In this document: positions 21,801 to 28,606 of the stretch, piece by piece
Layout of the letters: each line of letters opens with the position of its first letter
Numbering within the stretch: the stretch's first letter is position 1
Source of the DNA: a virus
IMG/VR virus record: IMGVR_UViG_3300029437_000019
Location: 1-41,797 of that record
DNA: 41,797 nt
Direction: 5' to 3' (one strand)
Made by a program: the position numbers and the translations under genes
Notes under the pieces: model-generated
Database searches by the model: none
What the model was told of the DNA's origin: nothing
The model's input: the letters and a program-made list of their open reading frames with translations, nothing else

Positions 21801-24800
21801 TCTTCGTCTGTAAGCAACCGTTTACTTTCCGTCTGCTGTCCTAACGAGAACTTCACCCTCTGAGCATAGTACCCCTCCGGATTTCTCTCTTCTCCGAGCA
21901 CCTTCAGATCGTCCTCGTTCAGATTCCGAATGGTCGTGAGATTTTCATTTTCCCTCTTGACATTCTCAGCGCTTTGTGATACATTGTCGTATGGAATCCG
22001 AGTCTTGTTTACCTCTGTGTGCGATCCTTCTTGATCGTCCCTGAGAGAAAGGCCGGATTCCTCTTTTTTTGCCTCCAGCAGAATTTTGTGCATCCAGAAT
22101 TTATTTTTTTCTCTGCTTCCTCTCACTATAATCTCGACTTCATATTCTTTATTGTCAATTTTTGCCATACTAGTGAGATACACATATTTCAGATCACTGC
22201 TTGGATTGTGGTAATTTGCCACATTGTTCATTCGCACCGTCGCGCTCTTTATCAATTCCGGGATCTGTTGTATTGTTGCTATCTTCAGTTTTTTCAGTTT
22301 ACTTGGCAGCGTCTCAAACCGGCTTCCCTTGCCCAACGTCTCGCGGATTCCGTCCTTTGTGATGGCCACTGTCATGCCGGATTCCTGATTCACAACAACA
22401 TTGTTTCCGTCCGCGAAGAATCCGTCCTCAGTCAGCTTTTTCAATACCGCTTTCTGCACACCGATGTAGTCATTGATTGATTTTATCCCGTAGTCCTTCA
22501 TCACGTCCGCCACAGAATACTGCACACTGCTCTCCGTCAGCAGCGCCCGATCCCATCCGAGGTCGGGCATTTTGTTTTTCCGTTCCTCTGCTGTCAGCTT
22601 CCGGCGGCCGGCAGTCTCTCTGGCCTCGATCTCTCCTGCAGAATTGATGTACTGCCCCAGATAGACCTCGCCGGGGTTTTCCATCTGCCGTTTCAGATCG
22701 AGCAGCTTCCCGAACCACTCCTTCGGATAGAGCTTTTCATAGAGTCTGTCGTGCTCCGCGTCCATCCGGTCGTATTTCTCCGCGTCTCCTGGCTTTTCGG
22801 AGTAGAACAGGCGCTCCAGCTCCCCGTCGATCTCCTGATAGCGGATGTAGTCGTTCTGTTCTTCCTTTGTCAGGCCGTTCAGAATGTCGCTGTACTCCCG
22901 CTGCAAGCGCTCCTGCAACCTGTCTCCGCTTTCATAGTCGCGCCGCGCCCAGTATTCCGGGCTTGTTCCGCCCTGGAATCCCTCGTATTTCTGGATGATG
23001 TGCTGAATCTCGTGCAGCAGCGTCTCCGGCCCCTTGCCGAACAGGCTGTCGGAGAGAATAATCGAGCCGTTTCTTTTGTCAAATTTTCCCTTCACGCCGG
23101 GATCCAGCTTTTCAAAGCGCAGCGTCGTGTGCCGCAGCAGAGGATACGCCTCATAGAGTTCGTCGTGCTTCAGGAAATCCTGAAGCTCGTATTTTTTCTC
23201 CCATACCCTGTCGCTGTATTCCTCCTGAAGCGCTTCCATTTCCGCTTCCTCCGCCTCTGTCAGCGGTTCTCCGCCCTTTTCAAAGCTGTCGCCCCATTTG
23301 TCTGTCAGTTCTTCCAGTCTGCGGTATCTCGGCTCGCCCAGCAGCCTTGCGTCCCCGTTCGGTCGGAATTCCGCCTTGCTGTCGTCCACCTCAAACCGCC
23401 ACTGGCCGTCTGCGCCGCGAATCCATCCGGTTTTCCGCCAGATTTCCTCCCGGCTTGCGCCGTCCTCCTCCATGGCCTCCGCAAGTGCAAGGCTCTTGGA
23501 GCTTGCTGTCTTGGCCTTCGGGCCTGCCATACTCGCCCTCGTGCCGCCCCTCCGGGCGGCTTTTTCGTTCCCGTCGCTGTCCTGCGTCCGGCGCACAGCG
23601 GAAGAAACCTCCGCCGCCGGTTCCCGGCTCTCCGTCTCCGACAGGAATTTCCTTGTTGCCTCTCGGATTCTCCGGAAGCTCTTTTCTCCGAAGCGGTTCA
23701 TGCCCGCCGCTGCGTCCGCCAGGATTTCCTCATAGATCGCCTCCAGATCGTCCCCATATACCCCGCGGTACGCCTGTAGATACTTGTCGACGATCTTCTC
23801 CGCTTCCTCGTTCGTCACGTCCTGCATCGCCGCCTCCACCGCGTCGATCAGATTAACGTTCCCGTTCCTCACGCTGTCGTGGAACAGCTCGTGCTCCACC
23901 AGAACCTCCGGCTCGTATTCCGCGCTGCTCACGCTCACGATGATTCGCCCGTCGTCCGGGTTGTACACCGCATCCACGTTCCGGTATTCTCCGTCCCTGT
24001 CCTTCACGGACATTGTGCCCACTACAAATGTCGTTTTCAGGCCTCTTTCCTTTGCCCTTCGCTGCGCCTGCTGCATTTCTCCGGTGTACCTCCGCACCGG
24101 CACCACGCCGACCAGCACATCCGGGTCGCCGTCTGCGGTCAGCTTGTCCATTGCCGTGTCCTGCGCAATGCCCTTGAAGCGCTCTACTCTTTCGTCGAGC
24201 CTCGTCTTGCGAGATACTCCTCCTTCCACGCCTTCAGCTTCGCCCGCTCCTCCTCCGTCACCGGCGCTTCGTGATCCGCCTTCTGCCACGCCGCCAGTCT
24301 GTCCTTCGGAATCCACACGCTCATTCCGCCCTTGGTTTTCACCAGCACTCTCTGGTTGCTCATTGCTCATTCCTCCTTCGGTTTCCTGCGCCGCCGGCGC
24401 ATTGATTTCCTCTGCCTGTTCGACCGTCTCTGCCGCGCTCTGGGTGGTCTCCTGCGCCATCTGTGGCTCTTCCTGCACAGTTTGTTCCGCTTCCGGTGTG
24501 TTTTCCTGTCCGGCGCGTTCCGCCGCTCTCTGCGTCCGTTCTTCCGCTCTGGCAGCCTTTTCCTGTTCCAGAATGTCAAGCCGCTGCTGTGCATCTCGCG
24601 CCGCATAGATGTCCTGCGCCGCCTCGCTGCCTCTCAGGCTGTCGATCATTTCCCGCTCCGAAAGAATCCGGATGTCCAGCGCCCGGTCCGTCAGCAGCGC
24701 CGCCTCGCTCGTCTGGTTCGCAAGGATGGCGTTCTGGAAATCCGCGTCCACAAAGTCGTTGTCAAAGAAGCCCTCCGGCGCTTCGTATCGCCGGAAGCTG

Positions 24801-27556
24801 TCCGACAGGCTCTGCGTACCCTCCAGCCGGTCTGCAAGCGTGTTGAATTCCCTTACGACCGTTTCCCAGTCGCTCCTTGCGCGCTTGATCTCCTTCTCGC
24901 TCCACCCGTTCATGCGCATCAGGTTCTCGTCGCCCGCGAGGTATTCCAGCTCGTATCTCGTCATTGCGCGGTAGAGGCTTTCGAGGTTCGTCTGTGCGTT
25001 CGCATCAAACCTCGTAATCACGTGGGATTTTACATAGCTCTTCGCCCGCGCCGTCAGGTCGATAATGTCCTCCGGTGCGCTCATCACCATGGAAAGCAGT
25101 ACGCCCACGGTAAACTCGTCCACCAGCTCCTTTGCCGTCAGGTCGGTTTCGCCCGTCAGCGCGTAGTCCAGCGCCGCGCCCGCAACGGCCGATGCCACTT
25201 CCTCCAGACCCTCGCCGATGCGGTCGAACACCTTGCTCGATACGATCTTCCGGATGGTCTCATTGTCTGTCATGTCGGTGATATATTTGGAGATCAGCCC
25301 CGCATTCTCCGGGTCTACCACCGGGTTGCCGCCGAACAGGCCGTTCGTCCCGTATTCGATCAGGCCGCCCGCAAGCAGCTTCACCGCCCGCCCGGCGGCG
25401 CTCATTCCGCTGTCCTCCGCTTCGCCGTAGCTGTTCAGCGCCGCGTTTGCGGAAATGATCAGGTTGGAGCTGTTTTTCATCAGGCCTGCCATCTGCGAGG
25501 CAAACTTCATGTAGCCCGTCGCGCCCTTCTGCGCGTTTGCAAGGCTCGACGCATACTTTCCGCCCTGCGAAAGCTGCGCAAGCGCCGTGTTCCCCGCGCT
25601 GATCTGCCCGGCAATCGCGCCCGCTGCGGCCATCTCCAGTGCCGCCTGCGTCAGGTCCTTCGTCATGCCGGCTGTAAATTTCTCAAACTTGCTTCCGTTT
25701 TGCAGCAGGTCGGAGGCATACCGCCCCTGCTCGTATTCTCTCTGTTTTCCTTCCTGCCAGTCCCTGTTTTCGTAGTCGATTCCCTGCTGGCCGCCCTCAA
25801 CAAAGTAGTTTCCCACCGGGTTCTCGCCGAACATATTCAGCACCTTGCCGGTCGCCTTTGTGATATAGCCCAGCCCGCGTGTGAGCACCTGCTCCATGCC
25901 GCCGGGATATTTCAGCATGATGTTGTCCGCTGCGTTCTGGCTGCCGGTTTCAAACATATCAAGGTAGGTCTGCCCGTCGATCTCCTTGTATCTGTCCAGC
26001 GCGGCCTGCTGGCCCTCCGGGTTGGCCTTCAGTCCGTTTGCCTCTCGTTCCTTCCGGAGCTTCGCCTCGTTCGGTGTTCCCTTGATCTGCTGCATAAACC
26101 GGTCGTACTGCTCCTGCGTCATTTCCGTGTTTGCCAGGTATTCCGGCAGCACCTCCTGCCCCATAAAGGTGATCGCGGCTCTCTCCGCTGCGGAGTTGCC
26201 CCAGTTCCCCTCTCCGTAGGTAAAGTGCATCCGGTCAAGCAGCTCGTCCACGGTTTTATATCGGATGTTCTCCCGCGTCAGGTTTGACTTCTGGTAGCGG
26301 AATTCCTTCATCGCGTCTCCCTTGTCCGGGATCGCTTCCGCCGCCCTCCGGATCGCACCCTGTGCGTCCCCTGTCCATTTGTTCGGGTAGTTTTTATAGG
26401 CGTGGTTTGCTTCCTCCAGATATTCCCTTTTCCATCCGTCAACCTTTTCCAGCAGCTGAGCATACTCCTCTTCCGTGCATTTTCCGCTTGCGAGGAGGTA
26501 GTTCAGCCGCGCCGCGATCTCCTGGAAGATTCCCGCATGAATATTCTCCGCAGCGCCCTGAGAGGTTCCGTCCTGTGTGAACTTTTTCAGTGCATCGAAA
26601 TCCTTGCGGATATATTCCTCGTGCTGCTGCACGGTCTGGTTCTGCCAGTCGGCCTTTTGCGCCTTTCGTCCCATCAGGCCGGAAAGCTCCGCGTTCTGCG
26701 CCTCCTCCTGTGCCTGTCCCAGCCGGTATGGGCTTCCCGCGGTGATCTTTTCTCCCGTGCTGTCTGTATATCTCGGCAGGCTCGGATTGATCGCAGCGCC
26801 CATTGGCTTTCCCGTCAGTGGGTTCATTGTCTGTGCGCCCGTTCCGGTTTCCTGCATCTGTGCAAGCTGCGTCTTGTACCGCTGCACCTGCTGCAAGAGG
26901 TCCTGTGCCTCCGCCGTGTTCTTCTTTTTCAGGTAGCTTTCCACCTCGTCGGCATCTTTCAGCAGCTTTTTCGCGCCGCTTGCCCACTGCATCGCCTTGT
27001 TGGCTACTGCCGTTCCCGCCTCCGTTTCGGATGCCTTGGTGAAGTAGTCGTTCGCCTCCGTCCGGAACCGCGCAAGGCCGCTGCCGAGTGCAAGGCTGTC
27101 CTCGTCCGTTTCCTTCCCTTCCAGAGCGCCCTGGTATCTCTTGAGCTGCGTTTCCCATTCGTTCAGCCTGTTCTGGTATTTCTGCGCGTCCTCGCCCATC
27201 ACGCCCGCATAGCGGTTGAAGTAGTCGCGTTCCTTCTCCACACTTTGCAGCATCGCGCCCACGCGCTCTTTCCACCCGCTGCCGCTTGCGCCGATGCGGT
27301 GCTTGCTCTGGAAATATCCGTCCATGCCGCCGAACAGCGTCCCGATGTCCGTCTGCATCCGGTCAAAGCCTGAAGCGCTCAGGCACTTTTCACGTTCCGC
27401 TGTCTGTACCGTATTCAGCTGATTCTGCCCTTTCTGCTGCATATATTCGTCAAAGGTCGCCGGATAGGAAAAACCACCGGAGGCCGCAGGAGTATTCCCC
27501 GCGGCCTGCCGGTTTTTCTGTGCAATGTATTCGTCAAAGGTCTTCGGATAATTCAT
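15824..27556 (-). CDS. Giant 3,910-aa multidomain protein; candidate virion-delivered polyvalent/ejection protein
   Basis: Uninterrupted ORF. GAGGAGG lies 7 nt before the ATG at 27556. It follows portal and the 344-aa gene. Contains two HExxH modules, Gly/Ala-rich hydrophobic stretches, an acidic linker and a long helical C-terminal third. Confidence 0.9.
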   Translation of the reverse strand: MNYPKTFDEYIAQKNRQAAGNTPAASGGFSYPATFDEYMQQKGQNQLNTVQTAEREKCLSASGFDRMQTDIGTLFGGMDGYFQSKHRIGASGSGWKERVGAMLQSVEKERDYFNRYAGVMGEDAQKYQNRLNEWETQLKRYQGALEGKETDEDSLALGSGLARFRTEANDYFTKASETEAGTAVANKAMQWASGAKKLLKDADEVESYLKKKNTAEAQDLLQQVQRYKTQLAQMQETGTGAQTMNPLTGKPMGAAINPSLPRYTDSTGEKITAGSPYRLGQAQEEAQNAELSGLMGRKAQKADWQNQTVQQHEEYIRKDFDALKKFTQDGTSQGAAENIHAGIFQEIAARLNYLLASGKCTEEEYAQLLEKVDGWKREYLEEANHAYKNYPNKWTGDAQGAIRRAAEAIPDKGDAMKEFRYQKSNLTRENIRYKTVDELLDRMHFTYGEGNWGNSAAERAAITFMGQEVLPEYLANTEMTQEQYDRFMQQIKGTPNEAKLRKEREANGLKANPEGQQAALDRYKEIDGQTYLDMFETGSQNAADNIMLKYPGGMEQVLTRGLGYITKATGKVLNMFGENPVGNYFVEGGQQGIDYENRDWQEGKQREYEQGRYASDLLQNGSKFEKFTAGMTKDLTQAALEMAAAGAIAGQISAGNTALAQLSQGGKYASSLANAQKGATGYMKFASQMAGLMKNSSNLIISANAALNSYGEAEDSGMSAAGRAVKLLAGGLIEYGTNGLFGGNPVVDPENAGLISKYITDMTDNETIRKIVSSKVFDRIGEGLEEVASAVAGAALDYALTGETDLTAKELVDEFTVGVLLSMVMSAPEDIIDLTARAKSYVKSHVITRFDANAQTNLESLYRAMTRYELEYLAGDENLMRMNGWSEKEIKRARSDWETVVREFNTLADRLEGTQSLSDSFRRYEAPEGFFDNDFVDADFQNAILANQTSEAALLTDRALDIRILSEREMIDSLRGSEAAQDIYAARDAQQRLDILEQEKAARAEERTQRAAERAGQENTPEAEQTVQEEPQMAQETTQSAAETVEQAEEINAPAAQETEGGMSNEQPESAGENQGRNERVDSEGQTGGVAEGGSRSAGDGGGAGEAEGVEGGVSRKTRLDERVERFKGIAQDTAMDKLTADGDPDVLVGVVPVRRYTGEMQQAQRRAKERGLKTTFVVGTMSVKDRDGEYRNVDAVYNPDDGRIIVSVSSAEYEPEVLVEHELFHDSVRNGNVNLIDAVEAAMQDVTNEEAEKIVDKYLQAYRGVYGDDLEAIYEEILADAAAGMNRFGEKSFRRIREATRKFLSETESREPAAEVSSAVRRTQDSDGNEKAARRGGTRASMAGPKAKTASSKSLALAEAMEEDGASREEIWRKTGWIRGADGQWRFEVDDSKAEFRPNGDARLLGEPRYRRLEELTDKWGDSFEKGGEPLTEAEEAEMEALQEEYSDRVWEKKYELQDFLKHDELYEAYPLLRHTTLRFEKLDPGVKGKFDKRNGSIILSDSLFGKGPETLLHEIQHIIQKYEGFQGGTSPEYWARRDYESGDRLQERLQREYSDILNGLTKEEQNDYIRYQEIDGELERLFYSEKPGDAEKYDRMDAEHDRLYEKLYPKEWFGKLLDLKRQMENPGEVYLGQYINSAGEIEARETAGRRKLTAEERKNKMPDLGWDRALLTESSVQYSVADVMKDYGIKSINDYIGVQKAVLKKLTEDGFFADGNNVVVNQESGMTVAITKDGIRETLGKGSRFETLPSKLKKLKIATIQQIPELIKSATVRMNNVANYHNPSSDLKYVYLTSMAKIDNKEYEVEIIVRGSREKNKFWMHKILLEAKKEESGLSLRDDQEGSHTEVNKTRIPYDNVSQSAENVKRENENLTTIRNLNEDDLKVLGEERNPEGYYAQRVKFSLGQQTESKRLLTDEEKADEGIRVYGRGEGQVYKAVPGDTVELISQEYWERNPDGTWEEGKYYNLGSIEVPKNGDENTLVVTGLPNRAKFASDETPNYILSGGRMALNRSSANNNTSEKIKGAVESEIYSMVGLRKDGYFYRIIKSEKEIDYIKGGKIRRSVNHATGEKEDGYSVWEYPKYPGDLVEVTGEAISIGSDGEPVLDVHTVKFVRVIEDWMEQYQKGKELFKEKYGWSDAQLEQALRGGYQLNRDLPQAASSTPQKFSLTPTEKAQRAQERAETAIVKAEEAKQAAKESYKRELTGGLKKLFEVQSYDNEALGKLLEAPMAEMQQGVKLLKAEKDDLFEALMNLGTATLPADDYYREIREALRGRRIFVPEGIREDFGDDWEDFRKKAFSSGIYFTDKASDRSVDVHMLELADAYPSEFTEEYIASEMLRQIVDAAEKGKDARMSLRKGMEENEKRFGLKREEQLEYQRQEFEKLLNRYEKQAGAEAREAQARTETDERLESLIREADGERPAKKPEGITEPWTISEAAAQKRGFPFLNGRQVYPLRTWVKAADMGNYGLVLDKSTKKGMLTVLFTNKETGLASVKDMETKLLTAVDPVYQPSVQETAALLASMPQEKLEDAADAEDLAEFYNWYDAQTAEADARQKAETRAAAEEERKGSIVRTAEEYEKKKQERLEGVQKAYLESFGTSEPDFPYGKGKPMYSRGTSLQPGEALALLQAMTGKKWELTNRANGTWKATITKEDAPKSSISPKAALEKLQASKKTFADLTAAGIHPEGTPKESFKGSPALEKAGVKIDGGIAEYSQVDAMRKGAETRRSIQRQIEKTAKKWDATKQELREAKKIASGRSEYYRLPDKCRPEVVSQLAALYLNERMTGEDLIQIRKGEIRDGLLYKMIDLFPTEKEIQADPSLFKPEKLLVLNYRTALRSMVNIFGEERGMEIYNYLFAPVVRNTAESYRWMNGQFDDVRKFTDSKGEKSELNQTESAYVHMMLDVEGYVQQAQESDRSKDLISAAENVARGESVENEAIEFALNSEEAKIVEKYAQWINGKDAEGIDKVKCENAMKEYREKFDLYFEAINDFLVAHGMQPIGKIKGYTPHIPIAERFNSVQKELDDLWKALGIKDETVTRLPAEIAGRTETFRPQKRWNPFFLERKGDKTAYDIEEAFQNYVQYLGDILFHTDDIQKIRAAESYLRKGLRGSFTATLEKALDMSRSGNVEEKVEYLQEMGRIGNDMREYSNAELAEAFDKLIEEMLGEAQNNTRYSDLVVWLKNYGDILAGKQFGGDRGTEYMGGREWLNIGNKLVGAFAKANVAGNLSSVLNQSAQLAMLQATRSQRAILKATQEFCTGKLGEFRKEIDFLTGKMGIDYLVQSGTDKFISGMFAPAEFMDSMLSTIATRAAYWDAIRNGKNHEEAMRFADWYGRALMGDRTKGAKPLAFHSKGMWKRMANLFQIEPLNTVEFVMKDMPLEIQREAEKNGKKSAARMLLRTIFGYLIAAFVLNRLTDELYGGTPAPLDIAGLTANFFASGKGLSTNDYMKSLINKVVGSEIFDVPEERETFDTSAALADTGYNLMNEIPFASNLSGLFGVGDRTMPMPDIFGSGKNIADAIKTDGFFSGASAEAVAKLLAQLVPGGRQLSKTGFGVKALIEGGKTKGYGEKKRLQYPLDMDDPMTYIRTALFGVNASPEAKAYYAGDDSGLTAKQTQLWNELREEGVNGYALYGLMMRMDDAMNYSDIPEPKDDESEEEKAKRLQQKEEHRKKARAELAAQENLTDGQRMRIYSAMVESGKNDEIDKLMDAGMKWKDISEILDKRGELGAGRSEKEWAADFANWLDGKKYSGKQREAIDEKLVPKSAKFYNEMTAAGVSAGNALKIEKKARDLAGENDLNQTFKAQAVMQSGLSDKEAYAALGAVYTGSTAEKFRAAQTEGIPAKVYAEFWTRAKELHADKDEDGKSISGSRKEKVIELIDSLSLTAEQKDWIMGQEYENVRWWQMPWN
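17309..17365 (-). other. Hydrophobic, possibly membrane-inserting segment (MLLRTIFGYLIAAFVLNRL, aa 3398-3416)
   Basis: Translated directly from the sequence. It is borderline for a TM helix. Confidence 0.35.
23000..23014 (-). other. HExxH motif 2 (HEIQH, aa 1515-1519 of the giant protein)
   Basis: Revcomp of gtgctgaatctcgtg. Context is GWIRGADGQWRFE...ETLLHEIQHIIQKYEGFQGG...AGEIEARETAGR. Confidence 0.8.
23876..23893 (-). other. HExxH motif 1 (HELFHD, aa 1222-1227 of the giant protein)
   Basis: Revcomp of gtcgtggaacagctcgtg. Context is ..YEPEVLVEHELFHDSVRNG.. Confidence 0.8.
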
Positions 27557-27568
27557 CTTTCTGCCTCC

Positions 27569-28603
27569 TCAGTTCAGCTTTACGGTCGGCCGCTTGTTCG
27601 GGCCTCCATTTTTTCTCCCGGAGTACCCTCCGTCATAGCTGCTCCCGCTCTTTCCTCCCGACAGGTTCGCATAGCTCAGCAGCCAGTTGTAAAGCTCGTT
27701 GTAGTCATAGCCCGCTGCGGCGTAGTACGCAATGTCGCTCTCTATCGCGTCAATCGTCCCCGCCTTGTTCAGCTTTGCCAGCAGCTCCTGCCGCTCCTTG
27801 TAGCCTACCGTCTTTGTTTTCGCGCTTCTGCTGCCTCCTCCGCCGCCGGAGCTCCTCGTGTAGGACGCGCTCTGCGCTGCCGACAGGATCTTCTGCGCGT
27901 CGTCTGCCGAGATTCCCGCCGCCGTCAGCAACTCGCCCGAGGGCATCTGCCCGTTTTGCAGCAGTGTCAGCGCGAGGGAATAGGAGTCGCTCTTTGCCTG
28001 CTGCTGCTTCTGCCATTCAAACTGTTCCTTCTGCCATGCAAGCTGATCCTCCTGCATTTTCCGGTTCCAGTTTTGATACGTCTGGTCTGCCGTCGGTGCG
28101 CCCACCTGCACGCCGAGGATCGCCGCCACCTTGTCGTCTGCCGTCCCCAGCTCCTTCCAGCGGTTCATGGCCGCTTCGATCTGCTGCTGGTACAGGCTCG
28201 GCATCAGCTCGGCCAGCTTGCTCTTCTGGTAGTCCGCCGCCTGCGAGGCAGCCGCCACCGCCTGCGTCGAGGGGATCCCTCCCGTCATGGTCGCGTACTG
28301 TCCCAGCGTGTCGCGTCCGGTTCTGTCTGCCTCTCTCAGGTAGGCTTTTTTATATGCCGAGATCACGTCGTCCCCCAGCAGGTAGTCCACCGTCGATTTC
28401 TGCGTTCCCATCACCTTGTCCAGCTCCGCCGCGTAGGGGCTTACTCCCTGCGCCGCAGGCTGCGCGCCCGTCACACTGTTCAGCTCCGCCACATACGGAT
28501 TGAGCGGCATGATCTGCGCCGCAGGCGGTCCCTGCCATTGCCGCACCCTTTCCAGTTCTGCCGCGTCCTGCAACTGCTTTTCGTAGTCATTCCTGCTTGC
28601 CAT
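27569..28603 (-). CDS. Portal-proximal virion protein, unknown function (344 aa)
   Basis: AGGAGG lies 7 nt before the ATG at 28603, which is 4 nt after the portal stop. Gln-rich coiled-coil and Gly/Ser-rich tail. Confidence 0.7.
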   Translation of the reverse strand: MASRNDYEKQLQDAAELERVRQWQGPPAAQIMPLNPYVAELNSVTGAQPAAQGVSPYAAELDKVMGTQKSTVDYLLGDDVISAYKKAYLREADRTGRDTLGQYATMTGGIPSTQAVAAASQAADYQKSKLAELMPSLYQQQIEAAMNRWKELGTADDKVAAILGVQVGAPTADQTYQNWNRKMQEDQLAWQKEQFEWQKQQQAKSDSYSLALTLLQNGQMPSGELLTAAGISADDAQKILSAAQSASYTRSSGGGGGSRSAKTKTVGYKERQELLAKLNKAGTIDAIESDIAYYAAAGYDYNELYNWLLSYANLSGGKSGSSYDGGYSGRKNGGPNKRPTVKLN

Positions 28604-28606
28604 GGC

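Noticed and set aside
24332-26287. 651-aa + strand ORF. Similar long + strand ORFs lie at 17501-19039, 19499-20881, 22751-23779 and 27956-29434.
   Set aside because: All lie antisense to well-supported - strand genes. They lack RBSs and are Arg/Pro/Leu/His-rich with low complexity. They are typical shadow ORFs of GC-rich coding DNA.
26439-27275. 278-aa same-strand alternative-frame ORF inside the giant gene.
   Set aside because: Its composition is Gly/Arg/Ala-rich and I recognise no motifs or RBS. It shows that long same-strand alternative ORFs arise by chance here. That is why the methyltransferase overlap is flagged only because of its motifs.
15824-27556. Giant ORF read as a tape-measure protein or an N4-like virion RNA polymerase.
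   Set aside because: A tape measure is unsupported because there are no tube, chaperone or distal-tail genes and the gene is adjacent to portal. An RNAP is unsupported because I could not find the characteristic polymerase motifs by eye. Neither can be fully excluded without profile searches.
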